DNA of 64,000 nt from the human T2T-CHM13v2.0 reference genome, Homo sapiens, in the NCBI RefSeq assembly GCF_009914755.1, contig NC_060930.1; one strand, 5' to 3'. The translations under genes were made by a program, and so were the position numbers. Each line of letters starts with the position of its first letter. The stretch's first letter is position 1. Positions 11,860 through 26,340 of the stretch are shown here, piece by piece. The notes under the pieces were generated by a model, which saw only the letters and a program-made list of their open reading frames with translations, did no database searches and had not been told where the DNA came from.

Positions 11860-14300
11860 GGAGTAAAATAATCAAGGTGCTACTTTCTAGTAACATCCTC
11901 ATCCTTACCCAGCACAGTGAATCTTCTCTTCCTCACTGGTAAGATCACTTGCTTCACATCTGGAAGCTAACTAGTGAACAAGAGGCCAAAGCAAATGTAT
12001 AATATAGCATGTTTGTACAGTTAAACACTAAATTAACTATCTGAGAGCTATACATTCCATCAAATTCTACAGGCTGGCCTGTACTCAAGAAACCTAAAGT
12101 GTGATTCCAGCTTGCCCTCTACAGAACTGTAGTACTTTATGTAAGAAACAGATACCTTTGAATTTCAGCTTGCATAACTCCCCCAAATATTAGACTTTTT
12201 AAAAAGCTGTTATAATAACTAATCAGAAATTCAAATTCATAAAGTTTAAAGAAATTTGATGAAAATTTTATATAGCAAAGTTCCAGAGCTACTGCACAGT
12301 GTAACCTCCAATTTATCCATTCAATGCTACTGAATCCTGAATATAAAATTCTTATATATATATACATATATAGACAAAATTTTTGTATACATATATATAC
12401 AGAATATATGTATATATATTTGCAGGTGGAACCATGAAGGAATTTTCAAATTTTATTTCTCTTTCAGGCTGTGGCGAAGTCACAACTTCTGGTCATAGTA
12501 CCTAACTTATGCATTGATCTGCTTAAGCTTAAATAAACAATGTGTTCACAATATAAGCATTTATTAGTACATCATATAGAAAGAAGTGTTATAATGCAGA
12601 TTAGAGTGACGTAGATAGCAATGTATAAAGACAAACATTATTTTCTCTGATTCTAAAAAGGAATTGAAAAATATCTGAGATATCAATTGGTATGAAAAAT
12701 AAAGCTCGATGTTTGAAGTAAGCAATTATTTTAGAAATTCTTAAAATAATAGAAAAAATATTTTGAATTCTATAAAAGTCATGTTAGTGCTTTTAGTATT
12801 TCATATGTTATGTTGAACCTACTTATTTTAGGTGACTATATCATTACAAAGTTGTAGTTCAGTTTTCAGTTTCTGATTTCTATTAGTTTGTAAAAGGATT
12901 TTACATTTGCATTTAAATAGGAAGAAAATGTGATAAAGATTTCAATTAAAAGGCTGTCTGGGTTAATTCATTTTTAATAGGAACAGTAAATATTTTTCAG
13001 TTGATATAGTTCTTACTGCAAGATCAGTACATAGTTCTTTTTTATCTAGTTATGTCAGGTGGTGCTCAATAATGAACACAATAATGTCAGCCTTTGCTCT
13101 TTAAGGAACATTTGCCATTCTTCATTGATTTTTGAGAAAACAAAGCAAATTGCTGAATAGTGCTTGAGAAAACTAATGACAGCAGGTTGCTGCGTAAGTA
13201 CAAAAGTTCATTTACACACATATAAACTATGTATAACATTAATAGGTTTGTTCAAACAAGTGTATACATAGACACATACGGAATAGATTTTCATTGTAAA
13301 GTTATTGATGCTAGATTTGATGGAAAGAAAATGAAAAACTGTCTTATCTTGAAAGTTTGGCTAAGACTTCAGTCTCATCTACTTTATATGGATAGGTTGT
13401 GTTCTCTATAGAAAGAAAGGCCATCTTTTAACTAGTAATACATATAATACACTTTTTAAATGGAAGGAGATTCTGTAATGACAATACCAGTCTCTGTCTG
13501 ACGTGTCAAAATTTTTTTACTTCCAAAGTTAGCTCTTCGAAATTTGGTCACTTACTTGTTGTTTGCTTTGTGGGTGTGTCCTTAGTTCTAGACAAATTCA
13601 GTTAACTGCATGGGATCTGCTTGAAATATTTTATATTAAAATCATTTAAATGTTTCTTATGTCTTCAGGATGTTTTCTTTTTTTTGTTTTTTGTTTTATA
13701 GCTACAATTATGTAGCTTGTAATATGTTTCTTTACTTACTCAGTTTCTAAGGAATTTGCTCACTTTCTTTTTTTCTTACTTTGTTTTCAAATTCCCGAAA
13801 ACACTTTGCACTGGACATCATTTTCTGAGTGAGGGCAGGGGTGAAAGAATGAAACTTTTAAATAAAGAATCGAAGCATTTAATTAGTATGTCCTGGCTTA
13901 CTGCTAGCAGAACATCACACTAGTGCGTAAGTGGATTAAGTTTCCTGTAACGCCAGCCAGGAGATCTCTTGACAGATGCGTTTTTTCATTCTCAGGTGTC
14001 TAGTTAAGAAAAACACAGGGGTCCAATTCAACCTTTAAAAATGTTATCTTTTGACTAGAAAGATTACTGCTTTGAGATGCAATGGGATTTTCCACAGCAA
14101 ACTTAGCAGAGGATTATGCTTTTCATTACTCTCTGAATGAAGAGTGAATAGGTGGTGTAAATAGAGGATATTTCTAGAGAAAATTTCTATATAAATTGTG
14201 ATTTATTTTTCCTGTTTTTACTAAAAATTCATAAAGAAAAGAAGTGGCTGTTGAATTAGAGAAAAGTCCATATTATCTTGTGAAACTGCTTCTTGCAAGT

Positions 14301-14334
14301 TATACATACACACTCACACACACCCCCCGCAGAC

Positions 14335-14368
<34 letters not shown>

Positions 14369-14369
14369 G
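14301..14369. repeat. Compound (CA)/(GA)n microsatellite
   Basis: Seen directly in the sequence. Confidence 0.9.
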
Positions 14370-15272
14370 ATTTCAAGGGTTAAAATAATTCTATTTTATT
14401 GTACCTTATTTTCAGCTGTTTTATTCATTTTTGATATCATTAGAATCTATTCTCCCCACAGTATGTCTGTATCTTTAGGCTGTCTCTAAATTGACCGCTT
14501 CATGGTTGATTTTTTTTTCAGCCATATTTAACCACTGATCTCAGCTGAATTGATTAGAGTGACTGTGGGATAATTCAAATCAGATAAGACGGTTGAGCTC
14601 ACCAGACAAACCATGCCATGGTCCAGTAATTTTGTTCATATAACTACAAGCTAATCCACTGCAGTGAGTTAGGACTGTTGGGACCACAAACTTTAGGAGC
14701 TATCTATAATATGCTTTAAAGCTTTAGTTTATTATATAACTTATTTTCTTATATTTTTCAATCTTTAATTTAGCAATGTGAATCTTTAAGGAGATTTCCA
14801 TGCACAATTCTGGGGAAAGGAGTACTCAAATGAAGAATCCCAGGGACTTTCCACAGTTAATTCCATTTAATGTCTTTCCAGTGTCTGCAAAGCCAAAAAA
14901 GCGGGAGTTATTGGAAAGTGCCAAATGTAATAATAATCATGAAGTTTTTTCAGCATTTCATCAGAATCTGAGAATTAAAAACTTGTATATATACATACAC
15001 ACATAGAAGCACACCACACATGGGAAATTATAAGAAAGGAAGTATGCTCTAAGCCTCTAATACTACTTAAAATGTAGTAAAAATAAATACATAAATAAAT
15101 ACATTTACAAATAAATACATTTATAAATAAATGAATAAATCTATACTAGGTACAGCTTTGCCTTATTTGACTATTAGTATTTTTCATCTCTCTGCATACA
15201 AGGCCTGCATACATAACATGTTTAGCATCTATTATTTTAAAGTGTGTATCTATACACTTCAATAAATTCAGC

Positions 15273-15678
15273 TGATGCAGTTTGGATGTTGTTCCCGCCC
15301 ACATCTCATGTTGAAACATCATCCCCAGTGCTGGAGATGGGGCCTAGTGGAAAGTGGTTGGATCATGAGGGTAAGTTTCTCATGAATGGTTTAAGTGCAA
15401 TTCTTTTGGAACTGTCCTCGCAATGGGGAGTGAATTCTCATGAGATCTGTTAGTTTAAAAGTGTGTGATAGTTTCCTTTCTTCTGTTTCTGCCCATGTAC
15501 GACGCCTAGTCCCCCTTTGCCTTCCCCCATGACTGGAAACTTTCTGAGGCCTCCCCAGAAGGAGAAGTTGCTATGCTTCCCCTACAGCTTGCAGAACTGT
15601 GAGTCAAGTAAACTTCTTTTCTTTATAAATTACCCAGTCTCAGGTATGTCTTTATTGCTGTGAGAATCAACTAATATA
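15273..15678 (+). mobile_element. MST (MSTA/B-like) solo LTR
   Basis: tgatgcagtttggatg...atctcatgttgaa...ttttctttataaattacccagtctcaggtat...ctaatata. Confidence 0.9.
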
Positions 15679-17039
15679 TAAGTAAACAGTCAAGCAAGGC
15701 TGTTTTTTGTGTGTGAATATTAACATTGTTATTTAAATGAATGTGTTTAACTGATTATTTTGATAAGAGTTAAACATTGTGAAATTATTCATATAGGTTT
15801 ATGGTGTTATCTGGAACATTTTCTACTTACACTTTTTGAATTTAAAATCATTTTTAAATTGCATATTTTTCTTAAAATTATGACATACCAAATTGCTATC
15901 AACCCACCTGGTTATTTCCTAGCAATCATTAACAATTACATATTGCCAGGCCATATTTAAACTATTTAAAACCAAAAACTTTCTATTCCTCTATCGTAAT
16001 GTCTAAACCAGCAGTTGCACAAGAAAACCAGCTGTTTTGGAATTCCATTGAGTTTATCACACATTAGCTTTTTTGTCTTCTTTCACAGTTAGCATTTTCG
16101 AAGCATCATATATATCTCATGGCATTTGGAAAAAGAGCTACTGTTGCTATATGGATCAGTGGTAAATAATGTGGCAAGGGACAAACCTCTTTCAGTTTAG
16201 TTTAGTTAGAATATTCCGTGTATGCTCATTACATTTGGAAGGAAATATGTATGCAATCTCAATCTTACTACTTTTGTTTTCTCATCTTACCCTTTACTTA
16301 TACTAAAATTTAAAATGTTCTATGAAGTATGGCAAATAAATGTCTGACAAATTTGTAATGTATTTAAAAATAGTATTTTAAGGAGATTCTTTTGGGACTT
16401 GTGTTTCTCTTCACTAAGAACTACTTTATCATTACTTTCTAAATTAAGAGCATCCTAATTTATAGTTGTCTAAATATACATTTGAAATGACTCTTTTTGA
16501 AGAAGCAATCCTTCCACTAATGGTTATAAATCCATCCTTTTATTGTTTCTCTAAATATTTGTGCACCAGTATTTTTTTCAGGCAGAGAATGTTTATATTA
16601 AGCACTGATTAATGGAAAATATGAGTATGAATAAGAAAATCCTTTTAACGGAATTTAAAAAAAATTTGAATGCTTACATGCTGTATAATACTTTTGTTAT
16701 TTCATAGAAGTTATGTAATGAATAGTGGTATGTTGACAATCCAAATTAGAATCTGTGGCCTAGGGAGGAAACAATGAAAAGTGTTGATGAAGTCTACTTC
16801 AAAATTTTAAAATAAATGTTTATAGTATATAGACACATACATACACACATACACACACATACATGCACATTGAAATTAAGTTGATGTTGAGCCAAATAAG
16901 AAGACTTATAAAGCTTAATTCTTGAATGCTGCTCTATTTTGTGACATTACTGGTAACAAGTCACATCTTGTTGGAGATTTTAGATTAAAAATGATCTATT
17001 TTGTAATTCAGAGTATTACTGCAAGTCCATAAATTTGGT

Positions 17040-17165
17040 TTTGTCTCCTTTTTATACATAATGAACTGAGTTGCAGAAAGTTAATTGACATTTGTACCCA
17101 TTTATGCCATTAGTTAGTGTGGTGGATTCAAACTCAAGTTTTTCAGCTCCCAAATTGTTATTTTA
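17040..17165 (-). mobile_element. MIR fragment
   Basis: aactgagttgcagaaagttaa...ggattcaaactcaagt. Confidence 0.5.
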
Positions 17166-17229
17166 ACTTTAATTAATTAGAGATTATCTTACAAAAGCCA
17201 TTAAAGTCTATAGCACTTTATTTGTGTAA

Positions 17230-17569
17230 CAACGGTCCCCAACCTTTTTGGCACCAGGGACCGGTTTCTTAAAAAACAATTTTTCCATGGACCTGGGGGT
17301 GGGGCAGGGTGGTGATCTTGGGATGAAACTGTTCTACCTCAGATCATCAGGCATTATTAGTTGAATTCTCATGTGGAGCACTCAACCTAGATCCCTCACA
17401 TGTGCAGTTCACAATAGGGTCTGTGTTCCTTTTAGAATCTAAGGCCACCGCTGATCTGACAGTAGGCGAAGCTTAGGCAGTAATGTTCACTTGCCTGTCA
17501 CTCATCTCCTGCTATGAGGCACCATTCCTCATAGGTACCAATCCATGGCCCAGGGATTGGGGACCCCTG
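17230..17569 (+). mobile_element. MER1B hAT-Charlie MITE
   Basis: TIRs caacggtccccaacc / gattggggacccctg; 8-bp TSD ttgtgtaa/ttgtataa. Confidence 0.93.
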
Positions 17570-18760
17570 TTGTATAAAACTGTATTTATGAATGCACATA
17601 TATAGGTATCTAAATATAGTATTAACCTCAATTATAGGAGACTATTTTATGTAAATGGATAAACAGGTACAAAACTAATAGCCTAAAATGCAATAGGGGA
17701 TATAAAAAAAAACATGAAAATTAAAGCTAAAATAGTTCAGAGCAGTATGTGTATCATGATTTTGTTGAAGTATAATGAAAAGTTCCAAAATTATGCTAAT
17801 AGCCAGTATGATCCTGATCTTTAGGATTTCAGTGGGATTATTTTCTACCTTTGATTGAAATTCACCAAAGGGCATTTGTATTTGTTTTAATTCTAGTCAA
17901 ACTACCTCATAAAGGTTTTGCTAAAAATTTCTAAGAAACTTACTAAGGTACTTTGAAACTGCCAACATCTCTACAAATCCAATTATTGGGCATTATTGTA
18001 GTCTTACTGTTCTGAAAGTAGAGTTAATTGTAGGCATGTGTCTTGGGCTGATGTACATATATCAAACAAAACTGTTGATCAACCCTTTTTTAATAGAAAT
18101 TTCAATATTGTAAGTGTGGAAAAGTTATCTTTAATGCTTATAAACACAGAACAACAAGGATGCGGGCAGTTGAAATTGATCAAATTTATCATGCTTCATT
18201 CCTGTCACATTCTTCAAAGCACAAAATAGCACTTTTTGTTTTATTTAAAAGCATCTGTATTTATTTCCATTAAATTTAAACATTAAATTTATAAAATTCA
18301 GCTACATATTCAGAAGGAACAGATTTAAGGCAGTTACTGACTTCAGTTTAGCAAGTATTTTGGCATGCATAGCAGTTAGGACAGTTAAGGATGAAACTTA
18401 TTTTAAAGCTTTTCAATTTATATCTGAAACTGACAGCTAGTATAGAAACATTGGAAAAATAAATTGAAGACTACTTTATTGACTCATTACATAATAAAAA
18501 AGAATAAGCATCTAGGGAGGATAATAGGAGTCAAAGTGAATTTAATTATATGTTGTACGTGTGAAAATGACTATATTTACTCATTTAAGATCCTATACGT
18601 CATCTTGATTGCAACCAATAGCACTTGCTTATAGAAAGAGTGGCCTTTTGGGTTTTTTATTATAAGAATTATAAATCCAGATTTTTGTACCAAATGACGT
18701 CAGTGGCTCTTACATTATATAATGTAAGAAAATAATGCTCCCCTAAAAACCTAGATTTCT

Positions 18761-19049
18761 GCCGGGTGCAGTGGCTCTTACCTGTAATCCCAGCACTTTG
18801 GGAGGCCGAGGCGGGTGGATCACGATGTCAGGAATTTGAGAGCAGCCTGGCCACAAGGTCTGGAGTTTGAGACCAGCCTGGCCAATATGGTGAAACCCTG
18901 TCTCTACTAAAAATACAAACATTAGCCAGGTGTTGTGGTGCTCGCCTGTAGTCCCAGCTACTTGGGAGGCTGAGGCAGAATTGCTTGAACCTGTGAGGCA
19001 GAGGTTGCAGTTAGCCGAGATCATGCCACTGCACTCCAGCCTGGGCAAC
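18761..19049 (+). mobile_element. AluS (Sg-like) with an internal 31-bp duplication and no poly(A) tail
   Basis: Alu body; TSD aaaa(a)c(c)tagatttct at 18745-18760 and 19050-19063. Confidence 0.93.
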
Positions 19050-20103
19050 AAAACTAGATTTCTAAATGAAACAATAAAATACCAAAATATTGATCATTTT
19101 TGTTAAAGAATAAATGCTTTTTAACTTTGTCCTCATATACAGGTTATATATATACACAAATTCATAAATATAGAAGTAAATTTTGATAGATAGCTGTCTT
19201 GAGACTTTCTTGTTTTTCTGCTCTGAAGGACTCCATATTTTGAACATAATACTGTAAGTAAAAAAAGAAAAAGAATCTGAATCTCTGATACATGTATATT
19301 TATTTAATATCAATTTAGGTATTAGTGCATGATATTATATTAATCAGTAATATAAAAAGAGAAGGTAAATCAATATGAGTCAAGGAAATATTTAGAAATA
19401 TAATCTTAATATTTTCCTGCTTCCTATGGATCACCCAGCACACCTATTGGGAAGTGCACATCCACCTACTTTGAGGGTCACTGGTCTATAATGAAAGCAT
19501 GTAAGTCTCCTAGTATCAATGTGTAACTCAGAGAGAATCTGCATCAGAATCAAAGTAGTCTACTCTGGGTAATATTCTAAAATGATATCTGGGCTCTTAA
19601 AGGGGGGTTGGCTATCTATTGTTTGAAAGAAAGTTTTGTTGACTTGACTGTTAAGGGGAATACAGAAGATTTTCTAACGTAAATGTAGCCCTCATCCTCT
19701 ATTCTAGTCCTCTCATTCCACAGTCAATATTCCTCTCTTTGGGCAGTTTCCACTTGTAGAACATTCACATGTTTATTGTTAGCATAAAAATCAACAACAA
19801 TAATAAAACTTGGGCCAATGCACTGTATAGTAAGACTAACTACATGAGCACAATGATTCCCTCAATATTATATAACAGCAGTCGTTTGAAACATATAACG
19901 TTTCAATTGTATATTTTTATCTTCTTGCCTAGCAAATATTTTCCCCATTTGGTTAGATTCATTTTGTAGTCTTAGCCAAGGTGTATGTCCCTAATTGTAA
20001 GAGCAAATGAGATAAATTCCTAATTAAAACAAACATAAGATCATAAAGTCATCTTAGATTTCTATTGCATAGCTCAGAGCATATTTTATGAGTGTGTCAT
20101 AAG

Positions 20104-20218
20104 CAGTGGTTCTTAAATTTTAATAGGTACATGATTCTGATTCAGTATTCTGCTTTCTAACAAGATCCCAGGTGACATACATGTTGTTGGTTCATGGATC
20201 ACAATTTGAGTTAGCGAG
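20104..20218. mobile_element. MER5A-like hAT MITE (internally deleted)
   Basis: cagtggttcttaaa...gattctgattcagta...ttctaacaagatcccaggtga...atcacaatttgag. Confidence 0.65.
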
Positions 20219-20825
20219 ATCCTCCTAAACAATGTTCACCAGCAGGTGTTGCATCTGTTTAGTAGAGGATTGTGTAGACAGGTGTATATGCTGTGGCACG
20301 TATTATTCAGTACTGGTATAAATGGTAAAATATGCGTAAGGATTAATGTCTTATAAAATTGAGAAATTGATGAAGTGGGAATCCCAGTCTCAATGAAATC
20401 TTATTAAAAATTGATCAGCTTAATAACTAGGCTGGGAATCAAGAGAAATGAGGTGATTTTAATGAGCATCCATTACAGTATAATATGTCTGTGACTTTTA
20501 TTTTTATTTCTCATTGTTTTGGCTAATTTTAGTCACTGGAATAAAAATAATAGGCTGAGCCTTCTTTTTCCAAACTGAGTAAGTTATCGAGGAAAAAACA
20601 TTTTTGGCAACTTCTTGTGGGATGTTATTTTCTCTATTATTAGCTTATGAGCTCACCAAAATACTATAAATAGATTTAATTTGACCATTTTACTTTACTA
20701 ATTATGCATATTGCCTATTTTATTTTTATTTTGAATAATATGAGAATCACTGTTATTGTTAGGGATACATATCTATGGCTAATTAAATCAATATTCAGAA
20801 ACTGGGAAGCATTTATTAACTACAA

Positions 20826-21050
20826 CAGTGGTTGGAAAATTATAATCCATGGGTCCAATTCAGTCTGCAGCCTGCTTTTATAAGGTTTTACTGGACCAGA
20901 GCAGAGCCACACTCATTTGTTTATATATTAATTCACCTATGGCTGCTTTCCCAATATAATGGCAGAGTTGAATAGTTGCAACAGAAACCATCTGGCTTGC
21001 AAAGCCTTAGATATTCACTCTCTGGCCTTCACAGAAAAAGTTGTGTTTGC
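20826..21050 (+). mobile_element. MER58A hAT MITE
   Basis: atggctgctttc...tggcagagttgaatagttgcaacagaaacc...gcaaagcc...acagaaaaagtt. Confidence 0.85.
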
Positions 21051-21784
21051 TCTAAACTCATATAAAATGTTTTTAAATAATAAAAATTTACTCTTTCCAC
21101 ATGCTGTTCTAAAGCAATTTTTATGAATGAGAAAACTTAATGCTAGAAATAATAATATAATTGCAAGTTTTTTTTTCTTTTTTTTTTTTTAGTTTGAGGT
21201 ACTATATTGTATAAGGTACTACTCTAAGTGTCTGTGCCAATTTGTGATTCTTGAAGAGTCTGGATTACACCTTGGTCTTATATATTTTTTTCTAACCAGA
21301 TCATGTTTTTTTTCTTTTCCTCCGATGAGTTTACTAAGAAGAAAACTAAGAAGAAAACTAAGAGTTCCAACCCCCATTACATTACACAAGAGATGCAGCA
21401 CTTTAAATACAAAGGGACTTGATTCAACAGGACCACTATAGTTGTCAGCCAAAATAGAATGATGTATTTGGCAGTGATTTCAGCTACATGTTAGTGTTTC
21501 ACCTGACACAGCAAGCCCATAGATTGTAGCCTTCAACATAATTTATAGGGTTGACATTTTGCTATTGAGATAATGTAAGAAGATAAAGCCCATAACTCCA
21601 ACAGTTGTTTTGTTTCGGTTCGTTGTATAATTTATGCAAAGTTAGAAGGCCCATAGTAGTAGGCAAACCCATAATGTCTGGAAATTTAACTCTAGACTAA
21701 TAGAGGCTCCTTCAGCAGCCATACACCAACCCTATCACTTAGCACATAGTATTGGAGACAGTGTGGAATTAGTATATAATGGCT

Positions 21785-22262
<478 letters not shown>

Positions 22263-23364
22263 AAACTAGAGAAGTTATAGGCAACTCTGTAATACAATTT
22301 TTCAGAGAAGGTTTTAAAATAACAATGATATCCTGACTATTTTCAACTAATAAAAATACAGAAAACTTGGGTAGTTTTAATGTGAGCTGAGATTTAAAGT
22401 CATTAGACCAAATTATAGGTAGCATGCAAATTTTCACAGGTCATGCAAATGTGATAACATTGCTCCTCTGATTTTTATCTGGATTTTGGGGCAAACAGTG
22501 AGTAGCAGGAATTAAGCAGCAAAAAACTTAGGTGTTTCCTGCTGCCTTTTGCCTTTAGTAGTAACATACATAGATAAGACTTGAACACACACATTTATTA
22601 TTGCAACAGATAGAACAATAGCACAGATGTCTTATGGGAATTTCCACAGATGCATCTGCTCAGCAGAATGTGTGTGAACTGGTATATTTTGTTTAACTCA
22701 ATATTTAAACCAGTAGCTTTTATAGAAAAATTTAGATTTCCAACTTATCTTGAAAAATCTGCTAACACCAGATCTGTATTTCCACAGGATAAGAGTTGTC
22801 AAGATCTGAGTAACAGCGGCTCATTTTGGAAGGGACATAATGTGTCTGAATTAACATGGTTCCCATCATTGTCTTTTATCTTCCCAACATCACAATGGAG
22901 TATCAGTTGCCATTTATTGTTTTCCTTGTTCTATTGCTCTTTTACGGTAGAGTAACATTATCTGTACTACGTCTCTGTCACAAGATAAAAGACAGAAGAT
23001 AGACCTATAAGACTGTAGTTTTCAAGAAGAATGGGAATCAACATATTTCTCTTGTGGTGGTCCACCTCACTCCTTTATTTTACTTGCAAGTGAACAATAG
23101 ATATTTGTACTTGTGACCCAATCTAGAGCAAATATATTATTGTTCTTTATTACTTTATGAGAAATTTCCCCGTATTTCTTTGCTCTGAGATTAGAGGTTT
23201 TCCTTGGACAAATTCAGAGTAGTTATGCTTTCCAAATATTTAGGATGGCAGACACCAAGCTTTTTAAAGACTGTGTGTATGCACACACGTATTTGTATGT
23301 TAAGCATTTGAAACAAACCCTAGAAATTGCCACTAGTCTTTTCTCTGTCATTTAATTCAGTCTT

Positions 23365-23470
23365 TACTATCATTTTACCCTTTTAATGATGTAGAAACTG
23401 AGGCTTCAAAATAAAGTAATTGACTCAAGGTACCTAGAGTAATTGACTTAAGGTAACTTGGAATAGTACT
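23365..23470 (-). mobile_element. MIR core fragment with a ~23-bp internal tandem duplication
   Basis: gatgtagaaactgaggct followed by agtaattgact[c/t]aaggta twice. Confidence 0.55.
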
Positions 23471-24256
23471 ATGACTTTTGTCACTGTACATCTTCTTAAA
23501 CTCTAGACTGTGTTGTCTCCATAACTTGAGAGGCTAAGTTATTTCACAAAGTTCAATCATAAAATATCTTCTTACAGATACTCTCAAACTTGATGTACTA
23601 TGATTTGATATTATTGTGCTAAAATTGTAAGTCCTTTTATTACTCTAAATATAAACACCTATATTTTTATTATTTTCTGAGTTTGTATTTTTCTGGTCAC
23701 CTTGAGGAAGCTGGGATCAGTTCTGATGATATGAAAGTCATAGTGTGCATATGAACCTCAATGATACTTTTTCCTCCTTTGAGACACAATATATAGCATT
23801 ACATTCTCTTCGTAATTACTGAGTTTTCCCTCACACAATTTTAAAAGTAAGATCTTTGAGGACTTATTTTTATTATTTTTGTGTCTGCTGAATCGGTCAT
23901 AGTATATTTAACAGTATTGAATTTAATCAACTATTGGATTGTTTAAGAATAAAAGGTAAGGTAGAATGCATGTGTGAGCTCTCCAAAATCTACTCAGCAC
24001 AGAGGAAAATAAAAAGCCTTGCATATGAGCTGGTGGTGGGAGGACCCTTAATTATAAACTGGCAAGAAGCAATACTTTGTTAGCTCTGTCTTGTTTGTAA
24101 TATATCTTTCCTAATTAGAAATTGTATTGCCTGAGCTACTTCAGGTAATATGGCATGAGTGGCTTTGATAAGACTGTAAATTTTCCAGGGATGAGATTCT
24201 GGAGAGGAAATGTGAGGAAAGGCTTGGCTGCCGACAACATTTCCAACGGAACTCAC

Positions 24257-24397
24257 CATGTTTCCTTTACAGTCAGGCAGTGAGTGGCTGTGAATTTTAA
24301 AATTCAGTTACATACCATTCTATAATAGGTTTCAGACTAGGCTTCTCAGCCTGCTGCATTATAAAGTCATTTTGACAGCGTATTAGTTGGCTTCAGT
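24257..24397 (-). other. Candidate non-coding or 5'UTR exon (alternative donor would give 24316-24397)
   Basis: Minus strand: ctttcatttgttttcttgctgtttgaag|ACTG...GGAAACATG|gtgagt; internal AATG|gtatgt. Confidence 0.28.
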
Positions 24398-24852
24398 CTT
24401 CAAACAGCAAGAAAACAAATGAAAGTTTCTAATTCAAGTTTTAAACTCCAGACATAAATAGCAAAGTATCTGGGACAGTTATCTCCATGAGAGGGATTTA
24501 CCTTGCCCTGTAGTTATAGAAATAGCATCTAAACGCTGCTCAAAAGATCCTTAGCAAGAGTAAAGTGAAACAATTATTTGATAGGGGTCGGGATGGGACA
24601 AGACACTATTTGAATTATCCTCTCATCTCTAGGTCATACCCAGACTTGAAATTTTGGCTGCAGAATGTGTACGCAGCATGGCTTTGTGCTATGATCTCTA
24701 GCAAGCTTTTGAACACTTGTAATCTGTCCACGAGAATCTTTTCCTGAGGCTCAGCATTAAGAACATCTCATAAAAAGAAATAGTTGCAAGGTGGTGTCAC
24801 TCTTATTGGACTCACTCCTAAGCACTTGGTATTGTAACAGGTAGGAGTCTAC

Positions 24853-24932
24853 CTTCGAGAGAGCATGGATTCAGGGTTTGCTTTTGTAATCTGAGTTTAG
24901 ATCCTTCAGGCACTCAGCATGTTGGCAATCCC
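24853..24932 (-). other. Candidate 80-nt non-coding exon
   Basis: Minus strand: tttactttgtcccccgctgataccgttttacag|GGG...CGAAG|gtagac; stops in all three frames. Confidence 0.28.
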
Positions 24933-25202
24933 CTGTAAAACGGTATCAGCGGGGGACAAAGTAAAGTAAAGCGGATTGTATCTGACAGAGCTCCTTAAAT
25001 AAGTTGTTCAATTGACGGGAGAGGTAGGAAGCCTTCCCAGGGTGATTAATTCGAATGACCTAAACTAGTTGATGTGTACTTTTAAATGATTTTTTCTCTT
25101 ATTATTTTCCTGAAGAATACTCAAAAATGCATTTTGTAGTTTGTATTTTGTAAAAGTTTAAGCATTTGAAGCCTTACATTATGGAATAATTTTACCTAAA
25201 GG

Positions 25203-25330
25203 CAGCAGTTCTTAAAATTAAGGGCACAGGAGATTATCCAGTGTCCCACTATGATGATTTTGTAGTCTGAGTTGGAACCTAGGAATTTGAGTTTTTAACA
25301 GGCACTTCAGGTATTTGTGATACAAATAAT
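25203..25330. mobile_element. MER5-like MITE remnant
   Basis: cagcagttcttaaa...ggaacctaggaatttgagtttttaacaggcacttcaggt. Confidence 0.5.
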
Positions 25331-26340
25331 TCAGTTAGATGATATTGACAGGAAACTTCAAGAAATGATAGAAACATCACATCCACTTGAGTCTTTCTTC
25401 CTTCTTACCTACACAGATTCACCTTTTGTCAGGCAGTTGAAACAGATTACTTTGGCCAGAGAAGCAGGAAAATGTCAGCTAAGTTCCTTCGTGAAAAATG
25501 AAAAAAAAAAAAAATCTAGAGCTCCCCACTTAGAAGTTGTCCTAGAAAGTAGCTTTCAAAGCGCTAAAGAGAAAATTACCAAAGTATTTCCCTGTGCTTC
25601 TGTCACTGATTTGATCTAAACTTTCTGTTTTCAAGCTAGTGTAAAGATATTTCCTATTTTAAGAAAAATATCTATTAAAAACACTTCTCAATCACACCTT
25701 AGGACTCATGTAAATTTAATTTAGAAAACTGATTAAAGATCCATAAATCATGCTTGGATTTAGACCTAGTGGGAAATCATAGACATATTTAATTTATCCT
25801 TCCTAAATTTTGCACTTCTGGTTCTAAGATTCTTCAAAATCTGTAGTATTCCAAGGAAATTAATGTATAACAAAGTATAATACACTAAAGTTTACTTTAA
25901 TAAGGAAATACCTTCCAAATTAGATTGAATATGATTTTCAAGTTCTTTATTTAAAATTTTAGAGTTCAATCACAATCTTTTTAGCACTGACTCTATTCAT
26001 AATTATCCCTGTGTTGCACCTTACAACTTTTTTAAATCATGGGTTAACACTGTCTGCTGATGCTAAACATGAGTCCTTAAGCTCAAAGCTAACAACATAT
26101 CTTTGAAGAAATTCCACCTTTCTGTATATCCACTCATTATAACTCTAGTTTCAATGTTAAATGACATTTAGAGAGTAATCTGAGATCATATAATTTTAAA
26201 ATAAGACAATTTCAATGATTTCCGGAAAAAATATTTCATATTTTCAAAGTATTGATCTTTTTTCTAAAGCTATACTAAAATTAGAAAACGTAAGACAAGG
26301 AGAGGTTGAAATAATATTCAAGTTAGTGGTTGTGGAGGCT

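Noticed and set aside
13556-13587. 32-nt minus-strand exon with a CAA|gtaagt donor
   Set aside because: The acceptor has almost no pyrimidine tract
18743-19051. Alu-derived ORFs (also 39561-39842 and 43447-43740)
   Set aside because: They are standard antisense Alu translations
21166-21220. Long poly-T followed by ag|tttgag|gtacta as a microexon
   Set aside because: The donor is weak and a poly-T followed by AG is common by chance
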